From Corallococcus silvisoli (GTDB taxonomy: Bacteria > Myxococcota > Myxococcia > Myxococcales > Myxococcaceae), in assembly GCF_009909145.1 (NCBI RefSeq), contig NZ_JAAAPJ010000005.1, forward strand, positions 336,470-400,469: a stretch of DNA of 64,000 nucleotides, in the 5' to 3' direction. This document shows, one piece after another, positions 1-8,516 of the stretch (the first letter of the stretch is position 1; the number at the start of each line of letters is the position of its first letter). A program made the position numbers and the translations under genes. The notes below the pieces were generated by a model. It worked only from the letters and a program-made list of their open reading frames with translations. It had not been told where the DNA came from and did not search any database.

Positions 1-238
1 CCAGATGCCCACCACGCTCTGGTTCACGGCCGACGCGCAGTTCACCACGGTGGAGTCCACGGGCGCGGCCACCGCCTGCTTCGTGCTCCTGCGCCACCTG
101 CTCGACCACCACGCGGGACAGTTCGAGTCACCGGGTCGTCCGCTGCACGAGCTGTACGTTCGGCTGAGGCAGGAGTGGGCGGCGTTCAACCCGTCCAACC
201 CCCTGCCAGGGGAGCCCCAGCGGTCCATGGCGGCCTAG
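1..238 (+). CDS. C-terminal fragment of a protein that starts upstream of the window (function unknown)
   Basis: Open reading frame continues from the window edge to a TAG at 236-238. GC3-rich codon usage typical of the rest of the window. No recognisable motif. Confidence 0.3.
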   Translation, partial: QMPTTLWFTADAQFTTVESTGAATACFVLLRHLLDHHAGQFESPGRPLHELYVRLRQEWAAFNPSNPLPGEPQRSMAA

Positions 239-501
239 AGCGCCGAACAGGTCGGGTATTGGCGAGGCCGAGGACCGCGGTTGGTCCGAGCAGAGCCTCA
301 TCATCCCGGGACTGCCCCGCGCGGAGGCGGAGCGCTTCGGTCGCGCGCACGGTCAGGTGGCCGTCCTGGCGGATCGCACCGGAGGTCCCGCGGAGTTGCT
401 GCTGTGTGGCAACGAAGCGCCGCCATCCGCGCCATGAGCACGGGCAACAGCCGCGGACCCGTGTCGAGACGAAGTCGGGGCGCGAGCTTCACCGCGCCAC
501 C

Positions 502-2532
502 ATGAAGTCGCGCCATCGTCCACGAACCAGAGTAGGTTCCCCCTCCCTGTTCGCTGGAGCTCCGTCGATGCCACAAGCCACACCGCGCTCGTCACCTCTG
601 GGAGCGCGTCCCAGCGTCTTCCTGCTCGCCGGAGCGTTCGTCACCGGCATGTTCCTCTTCGCCCATGGCGGCTGCGGAGGTGACGAGTGCCAGGACGCCG
701 CCGACTGCCGCTTCGATCACAGCACACCGGCCGAGGGCAAGGAGTGGGTCTGCGAGGACAAGCGCTGCGAGCAGCATCCCGTCCAGCAGCCGCCTCCGGA
801 TGCGGGCTCGGACGCGGGGATGCCCGACGCGGGGACGCCCGACTCGGGGACGCCCGACGCGGGGATGCCCGACGCGGGGATGCCCGACGCGGGGAGACCC
901 GACTCGGGGATGCCCGACTCGGGTCCCACCACGGTGAGCGTGCAGGTGCTGGCGTTCAATGACTTCCACGGACAGCTCGAGGAGCCCGCGGGCCAGATCC
1001 TGACGGGCGTGGCCCCCGACGGTGGACCGGTGCGGGTGAACGCGGGCGGCGTGACGTACTTCGCCCGGCATATCGCGGCCCTGCGGGCCACCAATCCGAA
1101 CACGGTGGTGGTGGCGGCGGGAGACCTCATCGGCGCCTCGCCGCTGCTGTCGGCGCTCTTCCACGACGAGCCCACCATCGAGGCGATGAACCTGATTGGC
1201 CTGGACCTGGTCGCGGTGGGCAATCACGAGTTCGACGAGGGCAGCACGGAGCTGTTGCGCATGCAGTCGGGCGGCTGCCACCCGGTGGATGGCTGCCTGG
1301 ACGGGGATGGCTTCCCGGGCGCGAAGTTCAAGTTCCTGGCGGCCAACGTGGCCACGGGCGTGGACCGCACGCTGTTCCCCCGCTACGACGTGCGCGAGTT
1401 CGAGGGCGTGAAGGTGGCCTTCATCGGCATGACGTTGGAGGAAACGCCGGAAATCGTCACGCCCACGGGCGTGGCGGGGCTCACCTTCAAGGACGAAGTG
1501 CAGACGGTGAACGCGCTGGTGCCGGAGCTGCGGCGGCAGGGCATCGAAGCCATCATCGTGGTGGTGCACCAGGGCGGAATCGCGACCTCGGGCTCGCTGG
1601 TGAACGACTGCAAGGGCGCGGGTGCGAACGGCCTCATCTCAGGTGCCATCGTGGGCATCGCCAAGGGCCTCGACGACGCGGTGGATGTCATCGTCAGCGG
1701 CCACACGCATCAGGCCTACAACTGCGTCATCGACGGCAAGGTCGTCACGAGCGCCTCGTCGATGGGGCAGCTCGTCACGGACATCGACCTGACGCTGAGC
1801 AAGGCGACGGGCGACGTCGTGGAGGCGCGAGCGAACAACGTCATCGTCACCCGCGACGTGCAGGAGGTCGGCGAGGTGAAGGAGCTGGTGACGAAGTACC
1901 AGGAGCTCGTCACGCCGCTGGCCAACCGGGTCGTCGGCTGGGTGGCGCAGACGCTCAGGACACAGTCAGACTCCGCGGGCCAGTCCACCCTGGGCTACGT
2001 CGTCGCGGACTCGCAGCTGGAGGCGACGAAGCCCGCGAACCTGGGTGGGGCGCAGGTGGCCTTCATGAACCCGGGCGGCGTGCGCGCGGACATCGCCCAG
2101 GGCGAGGTCACCTACGGCGAGGTCTTCACCACGCAGCCGTTCGGCAACAGCCTGGTCACCCTGACGCTGACGGGCGCGCAAATCGGGCAACTGCTGGAGC
2201 GGCAGTGGCGGTCGTCGGGAGCCACCCTCATGCTGCTTCCGTCTGCGGGCTTCACCTATGCGTTCAGCGCGTCGGCGCCCATCGGAAGCCGCGTCGACCC
2301 GGCGTCCATCCGGATCAACGGCGTGCCAGTGAGCCTGACGGCGGAGTACCGCGTCACCGCGAACAACTACCTCGCGAGTGGGGGTGATGGCTTCTCGGTG
2401 CTCGCCGAGGGGAAGAACCGGCTGGGTGGCGCCGTGGACAGCGACGCGCTGGAGGCATACCTGAAGGCACACAGCAGCCAGGCGAGCCCCTTGCCCGCCC
2501 CCGCGCTCAATCGCGTCACCGTGCGGCCCTAG
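502..2532 (+). CDS. Secreted bifunctional metallophosphatase/5'-nucleotidase (UshA-like), with an N-terminal signal and a PDAGMP low-complexity linker
   Basis: Calcineurin-like metallophosphatase motifs (AFNDFHG, GDLIG, GNHEFD) are followed by a 5'-nucleotidase C-terminal substrate-binding domain. An N-terminal hydrophobic signal and a Cys-rich segment precede the catalytic domain. Start could be ATG 502 (MKS) or ATG 568 (MPQ). Confidence 0.85.
   Translation: MKSRHRPRTRVGSPSLFAGAPSMPQATPRSSPLGARPSVFLLAGAFVTGMFLFAHGGCGGDECQDAADCRFDHSTPAEGKEWVCEDKRCEQHPVQQPPPDAGSDAGMPDAGTPDSGTPDAGMPDAGMPDAGRPDSGMPDSGPTTVSVQVLAFNDFHGQLEEPAGQILTGVAPDGGPVRVNAGGVTYFARHIAALRATNPNTVVVAAGDLIGASPLLSALFHDEPTIEAMNLIGLDLVAVGNHEFDEGSTELLRMQSGGCHPVDGCLDGDGFPGAKFKFLAANVATGVDRTLFPRYDVREFEGVKVAFIGMTLEETPEIVTPTGVAGLTFKDEVQTVNALVPELRRQGIEAIIVVVHQGGIATSGSLVNDCKGAGANGLISGAIVGIAKGLDDAVDVIVSGHTHQAYNCVIDGKVVTSASSMGQLVTDIDLTLSKATGDVVEARANNVIVTRDVQEVGEVKELVTKYQELVTPLANRVVGWVAQTLRTQSDSAGQSTLGYVVADSQLEATKPANLGGAQVAFMNPGGVRADIAQGEVTYGEVFTTQPFGNSLVTLTLTGAQIGQLLERQWRSSGATLMLLPSAGFTYAFSASAPIGSRVDPASIRINGVPVSLTAEYRVTANNYLASGGDGFSVLAEGKNRLGGAVDSDALEAYLKAHSSQASPLPAPALNRVTVRP
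799..925. repeat. Tandem 18-nt repeat (about 7 units, cccgacgcggggatgccc and variants) encoding the PDAG(M/T/R)P linker inside the 5'-nucleotidase gene
   Basis: Visible direct repetition of an 18-nt unit with only the 3rd/4th codon varying. In-frame low-complexity linker. Confidence 0.6.
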
Positions 2533-2906
2533 AGCGCCGGACAGGTCAGGTCACGACGCGCGAAGGTGACGCGCGGCGACTTCGAGGTCTGGGTCGAGCG
2601 CTCCGAGAACCGACCGCCAGCAGCGGTCGCTCGCAGACATCGGGAAGCCTCAGGAGCTTCTGCTCGCGGGCACTGCACTTCATCGTGGGCTTCCATCGGT
2701 CCAACCGGCACCTCCATGCGGAGGTGACCGGAGCACTCGGCGACGGCTCGCGTCGGCGGTGCTCGTAAGCGATCGATTTTCCCTCGGGCTGATTCCTGAT
2801 CGGCGCTCTAGCTTCCTGAAGGGGAGCGAATGCCTGGAGTTTCGCGTGCATCAGGCGATGCCCTGCGTAGGATTCAGGCCCTCACCCGTCCCCCTCCGGA
2901 GGTCCC

Positions 2907-3308
2907 ATGGCATCTCCCACCGATACGCAGGATCCCTTCGAGCGCATCTACCGCGTCTGCGAACAGGTGCCGGCCGGAAAGGTGGCCACGTACGGCGACA
3001 TCGCCGCCATCGTGGGCGGCGGCTGTGATGCGCGCATGGTGGGCCACGCGATGGCGGCCCTGGGTTCGCGCGCGGCGAAGGTGCCGTGGCAGCGCATCAT
3101 CAACCGCACGGGCGGCATCAGCACCTCCGGCCCTCGCCAGCGCGAGCTGCTGGAGGAGGAAGGCGTCGCGTTCGACGACAAGGGCCACGTGCGCATGGAC
3201 GCGCACCACTGGGCGGGACCGAGCGACGCGTGGGCGCGCGCCCACGGCTTCAGCGTGCTGCCGCCCCGGGACGCGCCAGCCCCGGCCTCGCAGCTCAAGC
3301 TCTTCTGA
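2907..3308 (+). CDS. Alkyltransferase-like protein (ATL; MGMT/Ogt DNA-binding domain family lacking the active-site Cys)
   Basis: Has the MGMT C-terminal-domain fold signature (YGDIA....VPWQRIIN). The PCHRV motif is replaced by PWQRI, i.e. Trp instead of the alkyl-acceptor Cys, which is the hallmark of ATL proteins. Confidence 0.75.
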   Translation: MASPTDTQDPFERIYRVCEQVPAGKVATYGDIAAIVGGGCDARMVGHAMAALGSRAAKVPWQRIINRTGGISTSGPRQRELLEEEGVAFDDKGHVRMDAHHWAGPSDAWARAHGFSVLPPRDAPAPASQLKLF

Positions 3309-3429
3309 AACACACCCCGCGTCGGGGCGTCCGGGCATCAGCCCGAAGCGCTCGGTGGGTCGGCTGCTTTTCAGCGCGGAATAAAGACGGCACCTTCAGG
3401 TCCTCGCCCACTCCTTGGACCTCCGAAGA

Positions 3430-3975
3430 ATGTCCCCTCCCCTGCTCCCACGGGGCCTCGTGCTCCTGGCCTGGCTGCTGGCAACCCCTGGGTTCGCGAA
3501 GGACGCGAAGGTCGGCAAGGCCCAGGGGAAGGGCCCGCGGCTGGTGCGCATCCAGGGCGCCCACCGGCTCCACCGCGACGCGGCGGCGGCCTTCGAGCGC
3601 ATGGCGGCGGAGGCTCGCGCGGCGGGGCGGACCCTGCTCGTGACGAGCGGGTGGCGTTCGTACCAGCAGCAGCGCTTCCTTTGGCGCCGCTACCGCAACG
3701 GCCTGGGGCCCAAGGCCGCGTGGCCGGGCCGCTCCAACCACAACCGCGGGCTGGCGGTGGATCTGGTCGTGGGGAGGGACATGGACTCCCCCACGTATGA
3801 ATGGCTCGCGGCGAACGCGTGCCGCTTCGGCTTCCGGCGAACGGTCGCGTCGGAGCCGTGGCACTGGGAGTACCGGCCGCGAAGCACCGCGACGCCCCAG
3901 GACGGTGAGGACTGCCTGGGGCGTCCGGTGGAGAGTGAGCCCGCGTCAGCCGTGGTCCGTCAGGACGCCAGCTAG
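3430..3975 (+). CDS. M15-family D-alanyl-D-alanine carboxypeptidase (VanY-like), secreted
   Basis: Signal peptide (LVLLAWLLATPGFA). Zn-binding motifs SGWRSYQQQ, SNHNRGLAVDL and EPWHWEY are typical of peptidase M15B/VanY. Confidence 0.8.
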   Translation: MSPPLLPRGLVLLAWLLATPGFAKDAKVGKAQGKGPRLVRIQGAHRLHRDAAAAFERMAAEARAAGRTLLVTSGWRSYQQQRFLWRRYRNGLGPKAAWPGRSNHNRGLAVDLVVGRDMDSPTYEWLAANACRFGFRRTVASEPWHWEYRPRSTATPQDGEDCLGRPVESEPASAVVRQDAS

Positions 3976-3994
3976 CGCGTGCGCCTCCGTCACC

Positions 3995-4867
3995 TCACTG
4001 GCACCTGCCGAAGCTGCACGTGAGCGGGAAGCCACACGTATTGCCGCAGCAGGGCCCGTTCCGGTAGCCGCAGGACTCGCAGCGGTTCGACACACCACAC
4101 CCACCCTGCACGCAGTAGGCCCCCGAGCAGCAGGTTTCACCGATGTGGCCGCAGAACAGCTGACAGGTCCCACCGCTGCACGTGAGGACCCCTGAGCAGA
4201 CCTGCCCCGGGCAGCACGTCTCGCCGTTGTAACCACAATGGGCCTGACCGCAGCCGAACAGCTCCAGCTTCCCCATGGAGACGACGACGATGCCCGCCGC
4301 CGGATCATTGTCATCCGTGATGTTCAGCCGGTACTTCAGGTAGCTTCCCGGGGACCCCACCGTATAGGTGCGGGTCTGCAGCCCGGGCCAGCCGGTCTCT
4401 CCCGAGCGCGTGTCCACCACCACCCAACCGCTGCCATTCCACCCCTCCAGCGTCCAGGCGCTGGGCGCGCGACTGGTCAGCGAGCCGTTGGCGAACGTGA
4501 TGGCGTAGCTGGTGACGAGCCGGGGCGTGAAGTCCGTCCACTCGTAGGCGATCCACGCCGGCGTTTGATAGACGGCGGAGATCCACATGCTCGTGTTGGA
4601 GCTGTCGAAGGCCTGCCAGGCCTCATACGAGGAGTCATAGGCGCCTGACCGGGTGACACTGCCGCTGGGGGCCGTCGCGCTGGTCATCGCTGGCACCAGG
4701 CTGACGGTCGTCGAACAGCTCAGCGCGGCCTCGCTCGTGGCCAGTTCGGGTATCGCCGCGGCGCTCTCCTCTAGCGGCGCTCCAGGCGAATCGGTATTTC
4801 CACAGCCAAGGGCGAACAGTGAAAGCAAGGCACTTCCCAGGACGACGATACGGCCAGGATTTCTCAT
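3995..4867 (-). CDS. Lipoprotein with an F5/8 type C (discoidin) domain and three C-terminal 6-Cys repeats (Myxococcus-type Cys-rich repeat)
   Basis: Lipobox LFALGC. Central discoidin-like beta-sandwich segment (WQAFDSS...WIAYEW...YRLNITD). C-terminus has three repeats of about 26 aa matching Cx4(E/G)xCCx3Cx5Cx3C. Confidence 0.7.
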   Translation of the reverse strand: MRNPGRIVVLGSALLSLFALGCGNTDSPGAPLEESAAAIPELATSEAALSCSTTVSLVPAMTSATAPSGSVTRSGAYDSSYEAWQAFDSSNTSMWISAVYQTPAWIAYEWTDFTPRLVTSYAITFANGSLTSRAPSAWTLEGWNGSGWVVVDTRSGETGWPGLQTRTYTVGSPGSYLKYRLNITDDNDPAAGIVVVSMGKLELFGCGQAHCGYNGETCCPGQVCSGVLTCSGGTCQLFCGHIGETCCSGAYCVQGGCGVSNRCESCGYRNGPCCGNTCGFPLTCSFGRCQ

Positions 4868-5318
4868 CGAGATGAGCCTCCAGGATTCGGAATGGTGAGC
4901 CTTTGATAACTCACACCCAGAGTCTCAGTTGCTTCACCCTCGATGTCCATCACCGCGCCCCCGCCCTCCCGTTCTTCCGTGGCGGACGCCGCGGCGCGCA
5001 CGTGCGTGCGGTAGCGTTCCGGTGCGGGTGGATCGCCGGCTGGGCAGGGGATGCACTTGGGCACGAAGATGTCACCCAAGACGCGCTCCTTTTTCATCGC
5101 CAATGCGAGAAGCGTCGGGTGCCCCCATCCGCGATAAAAGCCGGCGAGCCAGACTGTATTCTAGTCGATACTCGGCGGGAGCGCGTCCATGAGCAGCCCG
5201 TGTATGAGGCATGCTGCTGGCGGGTCGGTATTGCCCGTCCAGGTTGGTGTTTGGATTGGAAGTCGAGCGCCTGGATTTGAGGGGGAGCCGTTGCGCGCCA
5301 TCCGAGATCGGGTGCTAC

Positions 5319-6671
5319 ATGAAAACCTGGATTCGCTTCCTGGGGAGTCGCGCCACTCAACTCCGGCAGACGGTGCTGGGAGCCCTCCAAGGCTCGGGCC
5401 TCGAGATGGTGTCGCGCCCGGAGGAAGCTCCCCCTGGCCTCGGAGTGATTGTCTTCGATGAAGTGGAAGCGAACACGCTGGAAGCCGTGCGGGACTGCCG
5501 GCTGAGCCCTTCGACACGGGTCCTCGCGGTGGCCACGACGGGCCAGGGACTCGGTGAAGGGGCTTGCTGGCGGCTGCTTCAGGCGGGAGCCTCGGACGTG
5601 CTCGTCTGGGAGGGCGCGCGTGACGCGGCGGCGGAGATCGCCGCACGGCTGGAGCGCTGGCACCAGGTGGAGCGGCTCATCGAGTCGCCCGCCGTGCAAC
5701 GGCGCCTGGTGGGCCGGGCCGCCACCTGGCTCCCGGTGCTGCGCCAGCTCGTGGAGGTGGCCGCGTTCACTGACGCCTCGGTGCTGCTGCTCGGGGAGAG
5801 CGGCACCGGCAAGGAGGAGATGGCCTGTCTCATCCACGAGCTGGACATGCGCCCGGACAAGCGGGAGCTGGTGACGCTGGACTGTACGACGGTGGTGCCG
5901 GAGCTGTCGGGCAGCGAGTTCTTCGGGCATGAGCGGGGCGCCTTCACGGGAGCGACGAACACCCGAGACGGGGCCTTCGCCCTGGCCCATGGCGGGACGC
6001 TGTTCCTGGACGAGGTGGGCGAGCTGCCCCTGGCCCTCCAGGCTCAGTTGCTGCGGGTGGTGCAGGAGCGTCTGTACAAGCGCGTGGGCTCCAACACCTG
6101 GCAGCGGACGGACTTCCGGCTCGTCTGCGCCACCAACCGCGAGCTGTCCCAGCAGGTCGCCCAGGGCGGCTTCCGCCGCGACTTCTTCCACCGCATCCTG
6201 AGCTGGGTGTGCCGGCTCCCGCCCCTGCGCGAGCGACCCGAGGACATCCTCCCGCTGGCCCAGCACTTCCTCCGGTCGATGCGACCCGACATGGCGCTCG
6301 AGCTGGATCCCCACGTGCGGGAGTACCTCCTCAAGCGCAGCTACCCGGGAAACATCCGGGAGCTGCGTCAGCTCATCGGGCGCCTCTGCAAGCGGCACGT
6401 GGGCACCGGGCCCATCACCGTGGGCGACATTCCCCCCGACGAGCTCCCTTCCTCCGAAGGGCTCGGGGACTGGCAGGACGTCTCGTTCGCGCAGGCCATC
6501 CAGCGCGCCCTGTCGCTCGGGGTGGGGCTCAAGGAGATTGGCCGGAGCGCCTCGGACACGGCCATCCGGCTGGCCCTCGCCGAGGAGCAGGGCAACCTCC
6601 AACGCGCCGCCCGGCGGCTGGGCGTCACGGACCGCGCGCTCCAGCTCCGCCGGGCCCAGCGCGACGAATAG
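5319..6671 (+). CDS. Sigma-54-dependent transcriptional activator (NtrC-family enhancer-binding protein) with a degenerate N-terminal receiver-like domain and a C-terminal HTH
   Basis: AAA+ sigma-54 activator core: Walker A LLGESGTGKE, a GAFTGA loop (ERGAFTGA) and an R-finger region. C-terminal Fis-type HTH (NLQRAARRLGVTDRALQLR). Confidence 0.9.
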   Translation: MKTWIRFLGSRATQLRQTVLGALQGSGLEMVSRPEEAPPGLGVIVFDEVEANTLEAVRDCRLSPSTRVLAVATTGQGLGEGACWRLLQAGASDVLVWEGARDAAAEIAARLERWHQVERLIESPAVQRRLVGRAATWLPVLRQLVEVAAFTDASVLLLGESGTGKEEMACLIHELDMRPDKRELVTLDCTTVVPELSGSEFFGHERGAFTGATNTRDGAFALAHGGTLFLDEVGELPLALQAQLLRVVQERLYKRVGSNTWQRTDFRLVCATNRELSQQVAQGGFRRDFFHRILSWVCRLPPLRERPEDILPLAQHFLRSMRPDMALELDPHVREYLLKRSYPGNIRELRQLIGRLCKRHVGTGPITVGDIPPDELPSSEGLGDWQDVSFAQAIQRALSLGVGLKEIGRSASDTAIRLALAEEQGNLQRAARRLGVTDRALQLRRAQRDE

Positions 6672-6685
6672 CCGGAGTCATCGCC

Positions 6686-7522
6686 TCAGCATCCGCCGCC
6701 TCGGAGCGCATCGGGGGTCCAGGGGTCTCGCGGCTCTTCCTCCACCGAGGGGGCCGGGCCCTTCCAGGCAGACCTCCGCCCCAAGGGCCTTGGGCGGCAC
6801 CGGCCCATCAATCGCAGCAGGTTGCCCCCCAACACGAGCTGCCGGTCCTTCGGAGACAGCTCCAGCGCGAGCACCTTGGCCAGCTCCACCCCCGGGTGCA
6901 GCCACGGGCCATCCGAGCCGAAGAGCAGCTTGTGTGCCCCGGCCCGCTCCACCGCCTCCTCCAGCAGGTCGAAGCGGCGCACCCCAGCGGTGTCGGCGTG
7001 GACGTTGGGCAGGCGCGCCAGGAGGTCCAACAGCGCGCGCTGCGCTCGCCAGTCGTCCGCGAAGCTGCCCAGGTGCGGGATGATGAAGCTCACCTCCGGG
7101 TACTCGGTGGCGATCAACTCCACACCGGAGACTTCTCCCATCACGTCGTAGAGGATGGGCAGCGCGAAGGCCCGGGCCACCTCGCAGATCTCACGGGAGA
7201 TGCGCGCGTCGTAGCGGTGGACCTTGATGCCCCGGAAGCCGTAGCGCCGCACGGCCTCCTGGACCCGCTCGAAGACGCGCCCGCGGTCTCTCACGGCATG
7301 CACGAAGGCGAAGCCGTAGAAGCGCTCCGGGTGGCGTTTCACGAGGCGGGCCACCTGGCGATTCGCCGTGGCGTAGTCGGAGTGGAACGCGGCCAGCAGC
7401 ACCGTGCGGGAGATGCCCGCGGCGGACGCGCGCCGCAGGTAGTCCTCCAGCGGCGCGGAGGTGTCCCAGGGGCCGGTGAGCCCGTCGCCCTTCCCGGCAT
7501 GGCAATGGCAGTCGATGATCAT
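6686..7522 (-). CDS. Amidohydrolase-family metal-dependent hydrolase (TIM-barrel; amidohydrolase-2 like); last gene of the operon
   Basis: Begins MIIDCHCHAGKG (HxH metal-binding motif). Later conserved His/Asp positions (IIPHLG, LFGSDGPW) are typical of amidohydrolase_2. ATG at 7522, 8 nt below the upstream stop. Confidence 0.75.
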   Translation of the reverse strand: MIIDCHCHAGKGDGLTGPWDTSAPLEDYLRRASAAGISRTVLLAAFHSDYATANRQVARLVKRHPERFYGFAFVHAVRDRGRVFERVQEAVRRYGFRGIKVHRYDARISREICEVARAFALPILYDVMGEVSGVELIATEYPEVSFIIPHLGSFADDWRAQRALLDLLARLPNVHADTAGVRRFDLLEEAVERAGAHKLLFGSDGPWLHPGVELAKVLALELSPKDRQLVLGGNLLRLMGRCRPRPLGRRSAWKGPAPSVEEEPRDPWTPDALRGGGC

Positions 7523-7529
7523 CGTCGCG

Positions 7530-8516
7530 TCATCGGCGCTCGAACAGCTCGTAGAGCGCCTTGTCGGGGAGCGAGAGCGCGCGGTTGGCGATGCCAGGCG
7601 CCTTGGCGGCCCGGACGCCCCATGGATTCGGCGGGAGCAAGCCCTGGATGGAGACACCTCCTCTCACGCGGAACTGCCGGATGGAGCTCAGGTTGCGAAG
7701 GCGGCCCGCGGGGACGGCTCCAGAGAGCAGGAGCGCGCGGATCAGCGCATGCTCCACCGCCCTGCGAGCCTGTCGGGTGTTGGGCTGAATCGTCCCGAAC
7801 CAGACCGTGATGGGCTTGGGCAGCAGCCCCCCCTTCTGGGTGAGCCCCATCTGGTAGAGGCTCAGCAGGCGTCCTCGCCAGCGCCCCTGGAAGCTGTCCG
7901 TCTCGCCCACGTAGAGGGGAAGCCCCTCCTCCTCCACGACGTACAAGCCACCTCCGGCGGGAAGCGCGGAGAACGGGTGGCGATCAATCTTCCGCACCGA
8001 CCAGGAGAGGACCTTCGCGGTGACGGGGCCCCGCTGTGCCTCGAGCTCCTGCGACTCCGCGGGAGGGGGCCCGTCCTGCCCGGGCGGAGCGTCCGAGGGT
8101 TCCTCGGGAGGCGCCACATCCGGCGGCGGCTGCGCCGCGGCCACCGGCTCGACGCTGTCGGGAGGGGGCTCGTTCAGGGCCGGCTGGTAGAGCGGGTAGC
8201 CGTACGGCCCTCCGCCGTAGACCACCCAGGGGCGGCCCCTCGGCCACCGCCGCCCCGGCCTCGGCCCCTGCCCCTGCCCCTGCCCCTGCCCGGGGCTCCG
8301 CCACGCACGGGCCGGTCTCGAACCCGAACGCCAGACCTGCGCCCGGGGGACGCCCATCATCCCGCGTCCGACCCCGAACCGCCTCGCGCCGGGCTGGAGT
8401 GCACGAGCGCGGCGCGCAGGTGGCGCACGGAAGGACCGCGCGAAGTGGCCCTCCTCTTCGCCTTCCCACTCGGACTCCAACGCGTCTTCGCTCTCGTTCT
8501 CGTACCACTCATTCAT
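7530..8516 (-). CDS. Hypothetical protein with an acidic/Pro-Gly-rich N-terminal half and a GIY-YIG-like C-terminal domain
   Basis: N-terminus is EWYENESEDALESEWEGEEE, then (GQ)n and PP-rich low complexity. C-terminal GLYVV..LPLYVGETDSFQGRWRGRL resembles the GIY-x10-YIG-R arrangement of GIY-YIG nucleases. Its ATG overlaps the upstream stop by 8 nt. Confidence 0.55.
   Translation of the reverse strand: MNEWYENESEDALESEWEGEEEGHFARSFRAPPARRARALQPGARRFGVGRGMMGVPRAQVWRSGSRPARAWRSPGQGQGQGQGPRPGRRWPRGRPWVVYGGGPYGYPLYQPALNEPPPDSVEPVAAAQPPPDVAPPEEPSDAPPGQDGPPPAESQELEAQRGPVTAKVLSWSVRKIDRHPFSALPAGGGLYVVEEEGLPLYVGETDSFQGRWRGRLLSLYQMGLTQKGGLLPKPITVWFGTIQPNTRQARRAVEHALIRALLLSGAVPAGRLRNLSSIRQFRVRGGVSIQGLLPPNPWGVRAAKAPGIANRALSLPDKALYELFERR
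8262..8291. repeat. Hexanucleotide (cccctg)n microsatellite encoding (GQ)n within the 7530..8516 gene
   Basis: Four to five perfect cccctg units are visible. Potential slipped-strand length variation site (in-frame). Confidence 0.5.

Noticed and set aside
592-1569. 325-aa minus-strand ORF
   Set aside because: Antisense to the 5'-nucleotidase gene.
5094-6602. 502-aa minus-strand ORF and the 6209..7810 533-aa plus ORF
   Set aside because: Antisense or overlapping the sigma-54 activator and amidohydrolase genes, which have clear motifs.
6686-7657. Longer 323-aa version of the amidohydrolase ORF and the 351-aa version of the MaoC ORF (24116..25171)
   Set aside because: The N-terminal extensions are Arg/Ser/Pro-rich with no coding periodicity and would overlap upstream genes. 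Internal ATG starts (7522 and 24592) coincide with the beginning of the conserved domains.
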